Assembly: GCA_002633005.1 (NCBI GenBank)
Contig: NMRA01000091.1
Location: 829,820 to 893,819 of the forward strand
DNA from: Phoronis australis
Lineage: Eukaryota; Animalia; Phoronida
Reading direction: 5' to 3'
Length of the DNA stretch: 64,000 bases
Of the stretch, positions 25,001 through 40,000 are shown in pieces. Positions within the stretch are counted from its first letter, which is position 1. Every line of letters starts with the position of its first letter. Under the pieces are notes generated by a model. That model searched no databases, was not told the DNA's origin, and saw only the letters and a program-made list of their open reading frames with translations. A program made the position numbers and the translations under genes.

Positions 25001-28000
25001 TTGGTTCCAATTCCAGACAGTGAAACTTAGGCTAAATCATTTTTTGATCTTGTTCATTGTGAGTGCTCCAGTGGTCTTTTGTGCAGTTTACCTATTCACG
25101 TTTCTAAGAGTTACATGGGACTACTTTCATCATCGAGTACGAGAAAACCAAGACTTTACACAGCTATTTTGGCTAATTTTTATCGTATTTCTTCGAGTAA
25201 AAATTCCAAAGTACCAAACATTTTGAGCACAGTTTGAAAAATCGCCAGTTTAAGTCCATGATATATTGATTAGTTTTAGCAAGTGTTTCATTTTCATGAT
25301 GTCATTGCTAACGAGGTAATTGCTCTGTTCCACACAAAAAGACCTTAGTTGAGCATTCCTTAGGCTTCTTGACGGCAGTGGTTCTTGTACAAATATATTG
25401 CGAAGTATACGTGGTTCTATGACTGATTGGCCCAGTTTCTACTATCCCACGAGGGCACATGAACCCAATCTAACCTAATTAAGTCAGACATTAAATCGTT
25501 TCTGAGGTGTCAGAAAATTACTTAATGGGTTGACCATTTTTCACTCTGCTACCCTGAACCTGCAGATAGTATTTGTTTGACGTACCTGTTCATTGTGATC
25601 TCCTTGTAGCTTTCATCAGCCGCTGCTTGTCATGTTCCTGTTTCACGTTCCCGATTGTACTGCTGTAATGAGTCATATATCCAATGTGTTTTCCAAACTT
25701 TCAGGTACTGCCACTTGACTCATACTCCATCTGTTGAATACATTTCATGCTGCCGCTCCGTTCTCAGTGCATTTTATCATTTCTTTGGTTCCCTGAAAAT
25801 CTGTCCTCTGCCTGATTGGTTGTCTGGACTTTATTTGTTCACCTCCTGCACAGCCAAAGCATCAGAACAGAGTGCAGTGAAACTCCTTAATCTTGTATCT
25901 TTGAGGCTGTAAGGTGATTTTTGCTTTTAGTTTTAACGCTTCATTTTTCCCTTGGACCAGGAACCGTTTTCATTCCTGTTGGTTTGTTCTGCTACAGAAA
26001 CATGCAAATATAATGTTTAAGTTTTCCTCACTGTTTGTATTGTCACTTGGATTCTGCATTCAGGTTTTAAATTGTATTTAACTTTGCAGTTCACAAAATT
26101 ACGCGCCTGTTCCTTAGTTTGTGATTGAAATGTTTTCGCAGTGTGGTATGTAGTTTGTTGAACGCACTGCTTCGGCATACAGCATGCACGGAGATTGCCA
26201 GTGTTCGTTCATTTATTCCAAATCAAACTGTTACAATTTTTGTGGAAAGTACTTGACAAGACAGTGTATTGTGTATGTACTGACAGATGTGGAGCTGATG
26301 TTTGTTCCATGTGTGAATATGTTCCTCTGTGTAGTGTGGGGCTATTATTTCTTATTGTCCAGACTACATGTAGAGACATGCAAGTCTAATGGCACCGTTG
26401 AAAAGTAATGCTGTCGGTTCTTTGCTCATCTGCATCCAAAAGCTTGAACAAACTGAAAATGTTTATGGACTAATGTAGAATAAATGAAGTTGATATTCTA
26501 CCATACTTAATTTGTTAGTTGCATTTCATCATTTACACCCTCAAGATCCAGTCACTGCTAGATGGCATTGGTGGGATTTGAATTTGTTTGTAGCTAGTAA
26601 AACAACTGCTTTGCTGTGCGTGAACATGAAACTGGTGTTTTTCAAATTTGTGAACTGTGATTATCATTTTGTATAATTAGGTTGTCAAGAATCGTAAAAT
26701 CATTTTGAATATCATGAAACGTGAATGAAAATTAAAATAGCTTTGAGTAGAACTTGTTTTGACTGAGGACAGGCTCGGTCAACTGTTGGCCCGAGGGCAA
26801 TTGTCGACAATTGGGGTAACAAGTCTGCCATGATCAGTAATCAATAATTTTTCTTGTATGAACTTTTGTCCCTACCTTTTGTGCCTTCTTCAGTCAGGAT
26901 GGCACACACGTTACAGCTTTAAAGTATTCTTACTCAGAAATATTGAATGAAAAATATTCAACTTATTATTGTAAACAAGTGCATAATGTAGGATTTGTAT
27001 AGAGATTGTGCACCTTTGGCCTGCATCCATTTTCACAGGCCTTAGCATAAAAATTCAGTTCAGATGAGACTAATTAAAATGGCATTGTTTTGCTTCTAAA
27101 TGAGACTTTCGCACTGACTTCCTACCGTACTCATAAGGATCTGTATAATACATGGTTGTAAATTTCTATTAAGCGATCCCCAAAGGCTGTTGAGAACACC
27201 CCACTGGTAAGCGTTACATTTTGAACCTGGGTTTTGTTTTTTGATAATTGAGGAAAACTGTTAAGCAAGCCTTTTATTTGTCCTTTTGTCTGCATATCAT
27301 AATATAGATACGAATTTTTTTTAAATATTAAAATACAAATTTTAAATTAAGCTCTTTTAACTACTTATTGTAACTATTTAATAATTCCAGTTTAGTCATA
27401 ATTATTTCACTTGAATTAATGTTAACTTGTTCATACTATTGACACTGATGCAGTAAAATTATTAATAATATTTTGTAACCATGACAACATTTTCCAACAT
27501 GCTTCATTAGCTCAAACCAGTGCGAGATGAAAGTCAGTTTAGAGAGGTAAGATGAGAAAAGTATCTAAATAAATTTAAATTTGTGCAAATTATTCATCCA
27601 TATTTAGGTAACCATTGTTGACTAATTGGATTGATAGAATATTTATGCAGGGGTGCCATAGGGTGCAATATGGAAATTCCGTATTTAGCAGAATTTATTT
27701 CTCTTAGAGTAAAATCACATATTTTAAAGAATTTTAGCTACAATACTTCTTTTTTTCTCATGAACAAACAATTTTAATTTTGACCAAAAATCAGATGAAA
27801 TTTTGAATTTTAATTTGTAAAAGTTGTATAAATACAGTCAATAAAATGTTATTAAAGTAATTTCTTTGGTGTTTTGATTGTAAGTTAAGTGGTTTCTCTT
27901 ATTTTCCATAATTATGCTACTAATATCAGAATCACAAGGTAAGGTTTTGGTTCAATGGCTATTTAACTTTGTGCAGACAAACACTGCAGCCATACATTGA

Positions 28001-31000
28001 CAAAACAGAATTTATAAATGATTTTTAAATTTATTTACTTAAATAAAACACCAGTTATAATATCTTACAGCTTTTTTTTCGGCAGATTGTTAAAATTAAT
28101 GAAAGCTTACTGTTTGTCACGGTTACAACTTTTGATGTGATCACTGTCAGAGTTATTGGTGTCTAAAGGACCCTTTTGTTACTGCTTTGTGTTATTAAGA
28201 ATAATAAATAAACATAGTCATTAAATATAATGGTTATATATATAAAAATACATAATGGATTTATTTTTTAAAGCGCTATCAACCTGCATTTCACGGAGGG
28301 AAATAATTTTTGCTTTAGACCTCTCACCTTTACAAAATTGGTCAGATAAAAAGTGAATTTTGGTCATTCAAAGAACTGACTGATAGCAATCCCCACATTT
28401 TACTTGAAGACTTCACAATTTCTGATCTTGTAGGGGCCTTGTGTGCATGATTTTGTTTCTCAAATTTAAACTTTATTTAATGAATGTCACCCCTTGTCTT
28501 CATCCAATGTCTCTGTCATTGCCAGCTTTACATGGTAAAGTCCATTTCTAAAGGGGTGTATTGCACTGTTGTGTATCAGCTTGATTCTGCTGTGAAGTTT
28601 TCTTTTTGTTCCCTTGTGGCAAAGCAAACATGTGGTGTTTCGGTGACACATGACTGTGTTATTGTGTGGCAGCACTACTTTTTTAGTACAGTTGCCGTGG
28701 TGAATGGCTTTTTGAGGTCTTTGAATTGTTTTGTGAAGGAGGTGTCCCTGTGATGTGCTGTATCTTTTAGAATGTCTTTAAATGTCCCAGATTGGTGTTC
28801 TTGTGTGTGTTATTTTCATGTTGACTTTCATTTATTCAGCCTTTTGCTGTGTTTCATTCATTGTTGAGAGCTTAGTGTTATTTATACTACACTATACCAC
28901 AATACTTGATCTGCTTTCATTTGGGAATCAAGGTCTTGTCATTACCAACAATCTCCATTTTGCCTAATGTGTCTATTGAAGCTATGAAGCCAAGCATTCC
29001 CTAAAAACATTTTTTGTTACAGTAACCTTTTTTCATATTGCGGTTCTTTATGTGACCTGTTTGTACACAAGTTGGCCAAGGTTGGCAAATGATGCTTAAT
29101 GGGATCAGATGTTAAATGTTGCGCATTTAATTTGTTTTGCCGTTCTTTTAAAAATTGACGATTTTGTTTCGGTCTGTGCATTTTCCTAAGTGTTTAATTT
29201 TAATTCAACCTTGGAATGCATCTGTAGGACATAATTGAACAGCACAAGGTAAACATTGTGTTCTTTTATAATTTTTTTAGATTTGCCAGATTTTCAATAA
29301 TGTTTAGCCTATTGAATAATCATTTATTTATCTATGACTGAACTTATTGTTATCAAACTTTGTACTGTTTTATCAAACTTTCTCTTATTGTGTTTTGAAT
29401 TTGTGTGGATACAGAATGCTATAGGAAATCCACTTTATCAAGTCACGAGCATTCTTCCTAACTGTGGCCTCTATTAAAATCTTTCCAGTTTTGCTCCAAA
29501 TAATTATTGCCAAACTTGCCTGTTTTTATTTTCAAGAGCTTCGTACATCGATTTGGATAGCCACATTTGTTTAGTAGTGTTTCATGAGTTATAAACCTCT
29601 GATTCAGATGGTAATTATTTTTTATGACCAAAGTGAAAAAACGAAATTTCATCTCCCAATCATAGAGTTTGTACCATAGTTACAAACTTATATGCTGGAG
29701 TCAACAAAACACAATTACATTTCCAACACACCTGAAGAGGGAAATAAAGTACTTTTGAAGTGATCATAAATATGTTATTTCTTTTGAAATCTCTACACTA
29801 ATGATCTTTTTAATTTTCTCGACTGTTTGCTGCCTCATAGATTGACTGTTCATGAAGAACATATATCAAAGTTTAGACTGAACTTTTCATTGACAGACTA
29901 ATTGAAAGCCTGACTGTGCAAGTGTATCCTGAAATGATGTTGAAAATGCATTTGGTTTCTCCATTTTCGTCCCATTTCTTTTGTTCAAGCTGTTCATTTC
30001 TGATTGGGAACATTTCAGAAAAATCTAGAGACAAAGATGCAGTCCGGCAAATCCAAGTCATCGGCTGAGGTGGCCCGTCTCAACGACAAGGTTAAGGAGT
30101 TGCAGGCGACGATCCAGCGCAATGAATCCATCGTACACATGCTGAAAATGCAACTTGCCCAGTACCAGAATGTCCCTGAAAAGGTATTTGACAGGAAGTG
30201 GATCAGCGAATCTTCTCTGATACCCATGAAGGGTGTGTGAGCCTGGATGCACATGTGAACAAATATTTGGAGAACCCACTGCACCAATGGAGTGGTCCTG
30301 TCTTTGTCTTTCTACTCCCTCTTTCTCTATTCTCTGTTTTTAGGCCAAGACAAGAGTGGATGTGTGATTGCTATTTGAATGTTTCGTTGTTTTGGTGGCT
30401 ATGACTTCTTTTACAGATTGAAGTGTGCTTAATATACCGTAATCGTTCGGGTTAACGCCCATGTTCAGTTAACCGCCCATCCCCGACTTTAAGTGGATTT
30501 CCGATTTAACCGCCCACTGATCGGTTAACCGCCCTCCCCCGATTTTTTGGGTTCGCCAATTTAACCGCCCAGGGCGTTAACCCGAACGATTACGGTAATA
30601 TGCAGAAATTCTTGGCTGAACCCCCACACTATGTGTTAGATTTTATCCGATTCTCTTCAGTCTTTCTCTCACTTCAATGTCTCTATCATTTCTGCTTCAA
30701 TTTTACCACTTTACTCTTCTTCTTGATTACCTGACTGGACACTCTCTGTAGAAAGTTATTGATGATGAGTGCTATGCTATTTGGCTAAAGAAACGCAGGA
30801 AGCATCTGAAAAGCGTGGCCTGTCAGAAGGTAGGCCCTGGGGTATTTTATAAAACTGAACATAAACATTATCGGATGACTATAAATATTACCCAACCATT
30901 ACTAAAACTGCTGTTTTTCACAAACTTAGTATCAGTTTTAATGCTATTTTTGTTTTTGATTTCCATGGATGATGGTTTGAGTGTAAACACCTAAATGTTA

Positions 31001-34000
31001 ATCCAGAAATTAATGTAGTTTTAGTGCCACAGTGTTCTTTTGCGGATAATTTTACTAAATTAATGTGACGGAGAGATAAAGTGAAACTATGTTTAGACTC
31101 TCCATGTCTTCCTACAACCCATTGTCCAACCAGTGACTGTATGGTTCATAACCAGGCTGGGGATCTGAATTAGCCTGTCATCAATATGCAGCCTTCATGA
31201 CCAGCTTCTTTTGTTTGAGCACTAGGGAACAAAGATGACTGTTTGTGATAGGTCTGGCTACACTCTTCAAACAAAAATTAGGCTGACTTGGCTTCTGGGC
31301 GTAATAGCCTAATTAGAGCTCTCACCTAGCGTCTTAGACATTATGGTTATTTGCTCCGTGTACAGTCTTGTTATCTATCAATTTTGCATGTTTTAGTTTT
31401 TGTTTGGAACCCATGCCAGTGTGAGTATTGAAATTTGAAGTTTACGATTTTCTTGTCTAAATAACCCTTAAAATTAAAAGAGTTGGAGATCTGTGTCAGA
31501 TATAATATTACTAAAAATGCAGCAACTTTGGCATTATGATTATCTGTATGATGTACAGTACCTTGTTACCTTTCAACTACAAGATTTGTTACACTCGAAG
31601 TTTACACGTTTTAGCAATTGTTCGGAAGCCATCAAGGCAATCTGGGTATTGAAATTTGAAGTTCGCAATTTCTTGTGTTCGGAAAAATAACCACCCCTCG
31701 GTGGAATACATGACACAGTTTTAGATCATGCCACCTATAGTTTGAGACATCTCGCCCTACTCTGGGTTGTCCCTACCATCCACCCTCCCTGTCATGCTAA
31801 ATCTCCTCAACTAAAGTTTTGCATGACCCCATCTCTCCAGTTGTGCTGTCCAAATGTGAATTCTATTAGTTTTTTTAATTTGACCATAGCTCGAGGTTTT
31901 TGTCCGAGTTCAATGTGGTTTTGTATGGTACAACATATCAGCCTCACACAAGTGACCTTGTTTAGCACCACATGGGGGAGTGTCATGTACGAATCACCAA
32001 TCTCCTTCAAGTTTATTCTCACTTTCTTATCTGTTACATTGTTTTCTCTAATGTGTTTCATTCTTTCCATTTTCTTCTTTATGTAACAAAAATTTATGAA
32101 TAGTGTGGATGATTGAATGAGAGAATGATATTTGTATGTTATCATAATGTTTTGTTCACTAAAAACATTTATTGTCATTTTTTAAATTGTGCTTTGTTTA
32201 TTATCTTAACATGATTAGAAAAGTAATATAATAATTGTAACATGTTTTAATTTAACTAACTTGTGATGTTTTGTTGGCTACTAATTAACTCCTACCTCAA
32301 TGATGCAGTGTCAACAGTCTTAAAATCCTATCGTCACCGCTGTAATGGCTTGTTTTGTTTTTGTTCATTTTATGTTCACTAGGCTTAGCTTGGATCAAAT
32401 CAAAATGGGTATTAAACATAAGGTTTTACCCGGATTAGCTTTGTATAATTTTCCTTCAGTGGTAATTATGTGAAGTATTAACGTAATCGTTACACACATT
32501 GCTTCTTGCATTGTGAAAGAATTACCAGCTGTAACATCCCACTAATTACATCTGTGTTGTGGTTTTACTAATTGCTCGCAGTTGGATGACTGGTTAGCCG
32601 AATATGAAGCGGTATGTGATATAAGCTGTTTTTGTACTTTACCTTATGATTTCTTATCTGGTAGTTATTTATTTTCGAAAAGGTCTGATTAATTGCAATC
32701 GGATTTGTGTAGAAAGGCATACTTTTTCATTGATTTAGAATAGTTCTGTTTTCGAGCAAAGTTTTTAATTTTCATGATGCTGATTATATGAAGTTAGCGC
32801 ACCTGTGTTCTTAAATTAATATTCTCAGACTGTATCTTAGTTTAACCACTGCTGATGCCTGTTCTCCGTGTCCCTGACAATAATAGGTCCTGTGTCTGAG
32901 TGTTTTAAGGGCATAGGACTCGTCACCACCAACTTTCAAAACGGTACCTTATTTTGACATTGCAATAAAACGGTGTCTCTATTTCTAATTTGACCCAGTT
33001 TACTATTAGTAGCCTTGTTCTTAGCAAAAGATATAATCGTATTTTGCTGAAAAAATATGGACAATCCGATATTATCTTGCCATTTGATTTTATATAAGAG
33101 TTATTGCACAAAAGCACAATTTTTAGAATTCTCTGTGTTGTGATCCATTTTAGTGACACGGCTACAAAATAATTTTATTTAGAAAATAATGAGATGTGTG
33201 GATATTAAAACTCAAATGTTTGTTTTTATGTTCCTTGGGCTTTTTTAAAATTGTGTTACTCAGATTCTCAGCATGCATTGAATTGCGACATTTCTGCATA
33301 GTCACAAGATTGTACACCCTACACACTGTCAAATAGTGTTTTGTGATAGATTTTGCACAAGCGTTATTGGACAGTTATTGTAATCATTTGATTGGTCTTG
33401 AGACATAATATATTGAGTAATGTAAGCTTAATAAATAATTACTATATTTCTAGTAAATAGCTGTACTTAACTTTTTTCCGTTTGTGTGAGGACTAACAAG
33501 CATTGTTTTGTGATTAACACCATGCAGCATTACGGACAGCGTAGCTTTCTTCAGGCTCTGGCCAGCTCTGTTCAAATCATCGGTGAAGATTCAAAAGTTT
33601 CAGCCCACACATTGCCAAATTTAGCTAAAAGTACAATGCACAAGAAACTGAATTCTTCTCTGGGTCCTGATGTGATGCAAAATGGCAAGTCTTTCAAGAC
33701 AAAAGTCTTTTTGAAGAAATCGAATAGTGTCAATTTGACTAAGAATTTTGAAGAATTGAACTCAAAAAATAGTGGCGTCATTGGTGAAAGTTTTGATGAC
33801 AGCTCAACTTTGAGTCGTCCTGAGAGAAGTGGGTCAAACTTGAGTGGGAATTCTGATGGTTCGAGCAGACTGCCTGCACTGGATAAGCTGAAGGGCAGAA
33901 ACGCTTTTGGAAAGGTGATTGGTGGCTGATAGTGCGAGCTTATCATTCACAGTGTGAAATGGTGCAGTGAATATCTTTTAGTTTTCAACTAGTAACAATT

Positions 34001-37000
34001 TCTGATATCCTATAATTATAGTTTTCAACTAATAACAATTTCTGATATCCTGTAACTATAGTTTAAAAAAATTGATGAAATCTGGACAAATTTATCTATT
34101 CATTCTTGTCGAATTTTAAAAAATTGTAATATGCATTTAAAAAAAAACTAGCTGCAGATATACGGAAGTCAATGAAAATGTTTTTACTGGGAAGTTTGAT
34201 CAGTAATCTTGTTGAAAAAAGATTTCATCAGTTTTTAAGCTGCTTTAAAGGCACTTTACAATTTTCAACAAAATCACTGTCTCACTAGACAAGTTTGGTA
34301 TGTTTTAAATATTCCATGTGAAACTGGGCATGTTTACTGCTCAGGTTTGTTATTGATTATGCGTTAAAACAAAAAGATAATCAGCGAAGGTATATAATTT
34401 GATCCTTTTAGAAATTTTGTTATTTTTGTTTGTAAAGTAACTGATTTTATTGTGGAGAAGGTAAGTTCTGGTGTGTGTTGTTTTGAAGTCTGTGCTTTTT
34501 CAGTATGCCAGGTTTATTTTTACCCATCAAGCTTCAAAACTTTAGAAGAAAATGTAAAGAAAGCTAACGTGTTTGTTAAATTTTGTCCTAGAATCTTAGC
34601 ATAACAAATAATGTTGTTATTACTAAACTTTAATTTAGTTACTGGATATTAGAATATATTTTTAACAACATCGTAACCTGGTTTTGGCATGGTTGTCGAA
34701 CCCCAAACTCATGGTGAATTCAAGGCATGTGCTTAATTTGTCACGACTCGATGGTCAGTCGACACTGTCACTAATTGAAAGCTCATAAAACTGAATGTGA
34801 CGTATTAGTCAAGTTGGAATTAAAGTAATGTGAGTTTTTATACCGTAACTCCTGACAGAGAGAGGCAACGCCCCCTCCGCCACCCCCTGCAGTGGACGAT
34901 GCTGAGCTGCAGGACTTGAAGCGCAAGATTGCCAAGCTAGAAAGTATGGTGGATAATTTGGACTCGCTGAATGAAGAAAAGACAGAGGAAATTAGAAAAC
35001 TGAGTGAGTTTAAGTTCAATGCTCTGAAGTCAACTTTTACATTTTCTTAACGCTATGAGATTTCATATGTTGAAGCGGACACATTGTGTTACATGTGATG
35101 ATAAGGACAGTGTGCTATCTGAAAAGTGTAATTAACCCGGGCCTTGGATAAAAAACTGACTTTTGATTTATGCTATGGATGGTAAAAAAATTATTTCATC
35201 TTGTTCTTTACTCAAACTAGCATTTCTAGGATTATTGAAAAGAGCTGGCTTTAGACCAGGTATAATGAGCTGGCTTTAGACCAGGTATAATGAGCTGGCT
35301 TCAGATCAGGTATAATGAACTGGCTTGAGACCAGGTGTAATGAACTGGCTTCAGACCAGGTGTAATGAACTGGCTTCAGACCAGGTATAATGAACTGGCT
35401 TCAGACCAGGTATAATGAACTGGCTTGAGACCAGGTATAATGAACTGGCTTGAGACCAGGTATAATGAACTGGCTTGAGACCAGGTGTAATGAAATGGCT
35501 TCAGACCAGGTATAATGAACTGGCTTGAGACCAGGTGTAATGAACTGGCTTCAGACCAGGTGTAATGAACTGGCTTCAGACCAGGTATAATGAACTGGCT
35601 TCAGACCAGGTATAATGAACTGGCTTGAGACCAGGTATAATGAACTGGCTTGAGACCAGGTATAATGAACTGGCTTGAGACCAGGTATAATGAACTGGCT
35701 TGAGACCAGGTGTAATGANTATGCTATGGATGGTAAAAAAATTGTTTCATCTTGTTCTTTACTCAAACTAGAAATGATTTCTAGGCTTATTGAAAAGAGC
35801 TGGCTTCAGACCAGGTATAATGAGCTGGCTTCAGACCAGGTATAATGAACTGGCTTCAGACCAGGTATAATGAGCTGGCTTTAGACCAGGTATAATGAGC
35901 TGGCTTTAGACCAGGTATAATGAGCTGGCTTCAGACCAGGTATAATGAACTGGCTTTAGACCAGGTGTAATGAGCTGGCTTTAGACCAGGTATAATGAGC
36001 TGGCTTCAATAATAAGTTGCTTGTTATGGTAGTTCGCTTCAGTTTGGCCTTAGGGGTAATTTTGTTGAGTTTATAGAAATTGTATTGTACATTTTTTCTT
36101 GTGTAGAGTGTGTGAATTAATGAAAATCAACATCTTGTTTTCAGATGCTGAAGTCAACAAGCTACAGAACCAAGCAGCAAAAGATAAAATTTACCTGGAA
36201 GAGGTTGACAAGATTTATTTTCTTAAATAATCGCAAAGACTTACTTTATGATCTTTGTATTTAATATTTTCTTTTTGTGTCATTTTTGTTTGTGTAAGTA
36301 CTTCTGGAACAAAGAATTCCAAGAAATTCATTGAGTAAATTTAAAGCTTCATTAGCTGGCTAAAAATCTGAAGCTTTGTATTTTCATCAAATTGGTCTCG
36401 TAATAGGATACTATTTTATTCAGAACAAATACATTGAAACCAACAAAAACTGATAAAAGTGCTTCAGAGTTTATTGGGTTTGGCCAACCCTAAAATTGCA
36501 GATTCAAAAATGGCACACGCACACATGCCCAAGAGTTGCGTTGCAGGCTAATTAATCCGGAATCCGAGACCGCATGAGCACGGTAACGTTTTTAATTCCT
36601 GAAGCATTATCTGTTGAAAATTCATTGGCAACTAATCATGGATGAGATACAACTTTAAAGCATGAAATGAATCGAGTTCTTGATCACAAAATAATGCATC
36701 ATTACAACTTTGACAGGTGGAGCATGAGTTATCTCAGGTAAAAGCAGCGTGGGATGCTGACAAGAAAAGTTTTACACGTATGGTAAGTATTGGGACGCGG
36801 GTCTCTAACACTGTGCAAAACAACTTCGGACAAAAAGGCTCGGTGACCTTACCCATAATCCAAAACTTGACTCAAATATTGACCAACTGCATGTCATGCT
36901 TTGAGTAAACAAAGTCCGGCAAATTTAGTCTATGCAAATCGTGTTGAGCGATTGGTTGAATTTTGAGTCTAAGTGAATCAAATCTGAATTCGGAAATTAG

Positions 37001-40000
37001 CTTATGTACTCAGATCTCATAATGTGTCTGTTTGGGACAATTCCCAATGACACTTAATTGAATGTTGCACGGTGGAGTAATGATTTTATAGATTTTAGTT
37101 ATAGATTAGATTCTGCTTAGGATTAACAGTTTTTATAGTTGACTAATTGTTGTTGAAATTCTTAAATCTTCTTAGAAATTATGGCACACAGCCCAATGAT
37201 AACTTGTTGTAATTTTTGATGTGAAATTACGCTGTCTTTCAATGTGAAGAAATTGTCATAACTTCTGCTTTTTTATGTTTTGAAAGTAAATTTTCATAGC
37301 TGAATTAGAACTTTTGTGTCTGTGAAGTGAAGTATGGACTAGCTCAGTGTAATAATTTGTAAGATCCATTAAAACAACTTGATATGGTATTAATGGGTTG
37401 TTTATAGTAAACTGTAACCAAGTGTCATGTACGTGGTATTAAGTACTAATTGCTTTCAATGTGACATGGTTCAAGTCTTAAGTATTTTTCTATTCAGGTA
37501 TAACACTGACTCTAAACACACACATGGTGGGTGTGGTTACCAGTTGCTATGGTAACCATTAGGTAAACGTACACCCGCTCCATTCAATCCTGAGTCAGTG
37601 CTGGTACCATTTGTGTAACGTGTGTATTGTGTTTTTCCTTCTCCTTGTTTAATGAGTAAAACTGGTAACTACTACATGTAAAGATTCACTACATGCCTCT
37701 CCGTCCTGACGACTGAATGTAAGCAGAATGCGCAATGACTGTTTAACAGGATTGACCGTCACTAGCCTTCTCATCACAACGGGAATAACCATCCATCTGA
37801 TTATTGCTTTTGGCGCGTTCTGTATATGGTGTATAAGACGTGCTTCTTATTACCGTAGTCCTGTGTCAAAAGTTTGATATGCGTGTTGCACTTTGTCTGT
37901 TCATGTGGATCCATGTGTATTTTCATGGTTTTGTTTTCACTCGGATGTCTTCTCCCCTGGTGTGATTTGAGTCTCTGTTGTTTGAAAATTGCAGAAAATT
38001 TTATCTGGCCAAAACATGAGCAATGTGCATTTTGTCCATGTTTCAAGTTAAATGAGTTTATGTGAAATCTGTAATTGAAACTTTGCAGTCTGAATTTTGC
38101 TTTTTACAAAATTGTTAACTTTGATTTTTTATGGATTACATGGGGCTGGTGTAGAATTGATGTGGCTCTCATTTAACCTTTTTTTGTTTTTTTCCACTCA
38201 ACATTGCTCAGCAATAGGTCTGTTTCTGATACGTGTGCAATGACTGCCTGATTGCTGACTTCACTTATAATCCAAACAATGCAGCAGTGACATCTATGAT
38301 GTTCTTTGGACGTTTCAGTTAGACGACCAGAAGAAACAGTATGAGAAAACCATGGAACAACAGATTGCTCAAGTCAGAGAAGAGGTGAGTGGAACTGAGC
38401 ATAGGACACACAGCTGCAGTACTAGCACTGTTCATCATTTTGGGAGTGTGGTATATACTGCGTTTAATTAATTGTTAATTACGTTAACCCTGAAAAATTC
38501 AGGTATCAATATAAGATTTTCTAAGCAATGAGGGTCGTCATATCAAACAGGGATTTGACGTCACTCCTACTACAAACTTATATAAGTTAGTATGCTAAGT
38601 CTGCTAATTAGTAATTCATTAGTCCATAAACTATCCCATGGCCTATCGACAGTCATTGCAGTCTCAGTGACAAAGCTTTGCCTAGTTCACTGTTTAAGGA
38701 GAGGCTCACTGTCCGTCACTGCCTATTATGTGTTTCACTTGTTCATAAAATCATTCAAATTTTTGACTCATCGCTTAGTCATCATATCGCGGTCATTATT
38801 AGCTTTCTATCGTTCAGTGACCATTCCTGACAGCAGCTGTGTTGAAAATCTGATTAGAGCTTTTTATGTTATTGATGGTTTTAGATACCCTATAGTTCAT
38901 GATCACACTAGGCATGCCAATCATCTACTAACTGTTTAATCTCAGTACAGATTTAGCTGCCATTGTGGATGTTGGGGGCAAATATTGAACAAAAGAACAA
39001 GTGACTTGGTTCACTAACAATACAATATATTTAATCAGTCGTGCAACGTTAAGGGAATACAGGGGGTACTGCTTAATAATTAAAGGGCTACAGCTGGTCT
39101 ACTTAGTACTAAGTTAACAAGTTGTGCTGAATGAGAGCACATTTTAATGGACTTAGTTTTCACGGTCTTTAGAAAGAATTGTTAGTAGTTAGTTTGTGTA
39201 TTGCATGATTAGACCGCCAAATCACTTTTTGCATCATTCATTGCACTGTATATGTCTATCCATTACCCAGTGCATGGCGCAGGCACGCATGGAAGTCAAC
39301 AAACTGTCGGGTCAGTCGGAGGCGGAGCTACGCAGGCTGCGAGAGGAGAAGGAGGCGGCTGAACTGGCGCTGTCCAAGGCATGGCTAATGAGTGTCACAT
39401 GACCCTTGTTGTGTGTTTGTGTGTGCATGTGCTGTCTGTTCTCATCTGCCATTTCTTCTGCTGGCATCTTTCTGTATGGCTTATTTCTGAATCTCGCTAA
39501 AACTACAAGTAACGCAATGTTATGGAAATAGCTAAGTATTTATTTAGTGTCTCAGTTACTTTATATTATTCACTACGCTGCAGCCCAATGGTGATTGGAT
39601 AAAATAGAATACAGACAAGAGTTTTGGTAGTATTGAATGGAAAAATATTTTACTGGGAGCCTTGTTAAAGTGAGACTAACTTTGTGTTGTGTCCGTGTTA
39701 GGTTAGCACATATTACAGCAGCTGTGATAGCAACCGCTCATTTAGTATCGTGAAAACTTACAGTTCAGATAGGATCTCTTTTGGTTATGTGAGTAAATGC
39801 AATATTACAATTAAACTAAATGCTTATGACAAAACAACTTCAACTTTCATTGGTTATTGCCAACCCAACCAGCATCATAACCACGCCCTCTTTACATTCA
39901 ATAGTCATAAGTCACGGAAATCTCTGTTCTCTTGTTGCCTCTTGGTTTTCGTTAGTTTTGCAGGAAATAGTATTAAAGTGTTAACAAGCTACAAGGGTTA

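Noticed and set aside
34458-34460. 3-nt microexon (gag|aag|gtaagt) and similar weak candidates near 24279 and 32385
   Set aside because: Acceptors or donors are poor, or the segments are frame-breaking or contain stops.
23769-36008. CRISPR-like appearance of the 32-bp and 25-bp repeats
   Set aside because: They are head-to-tail tandem repeats with no unique spacers or cas genes, in a eukaryotic intron.
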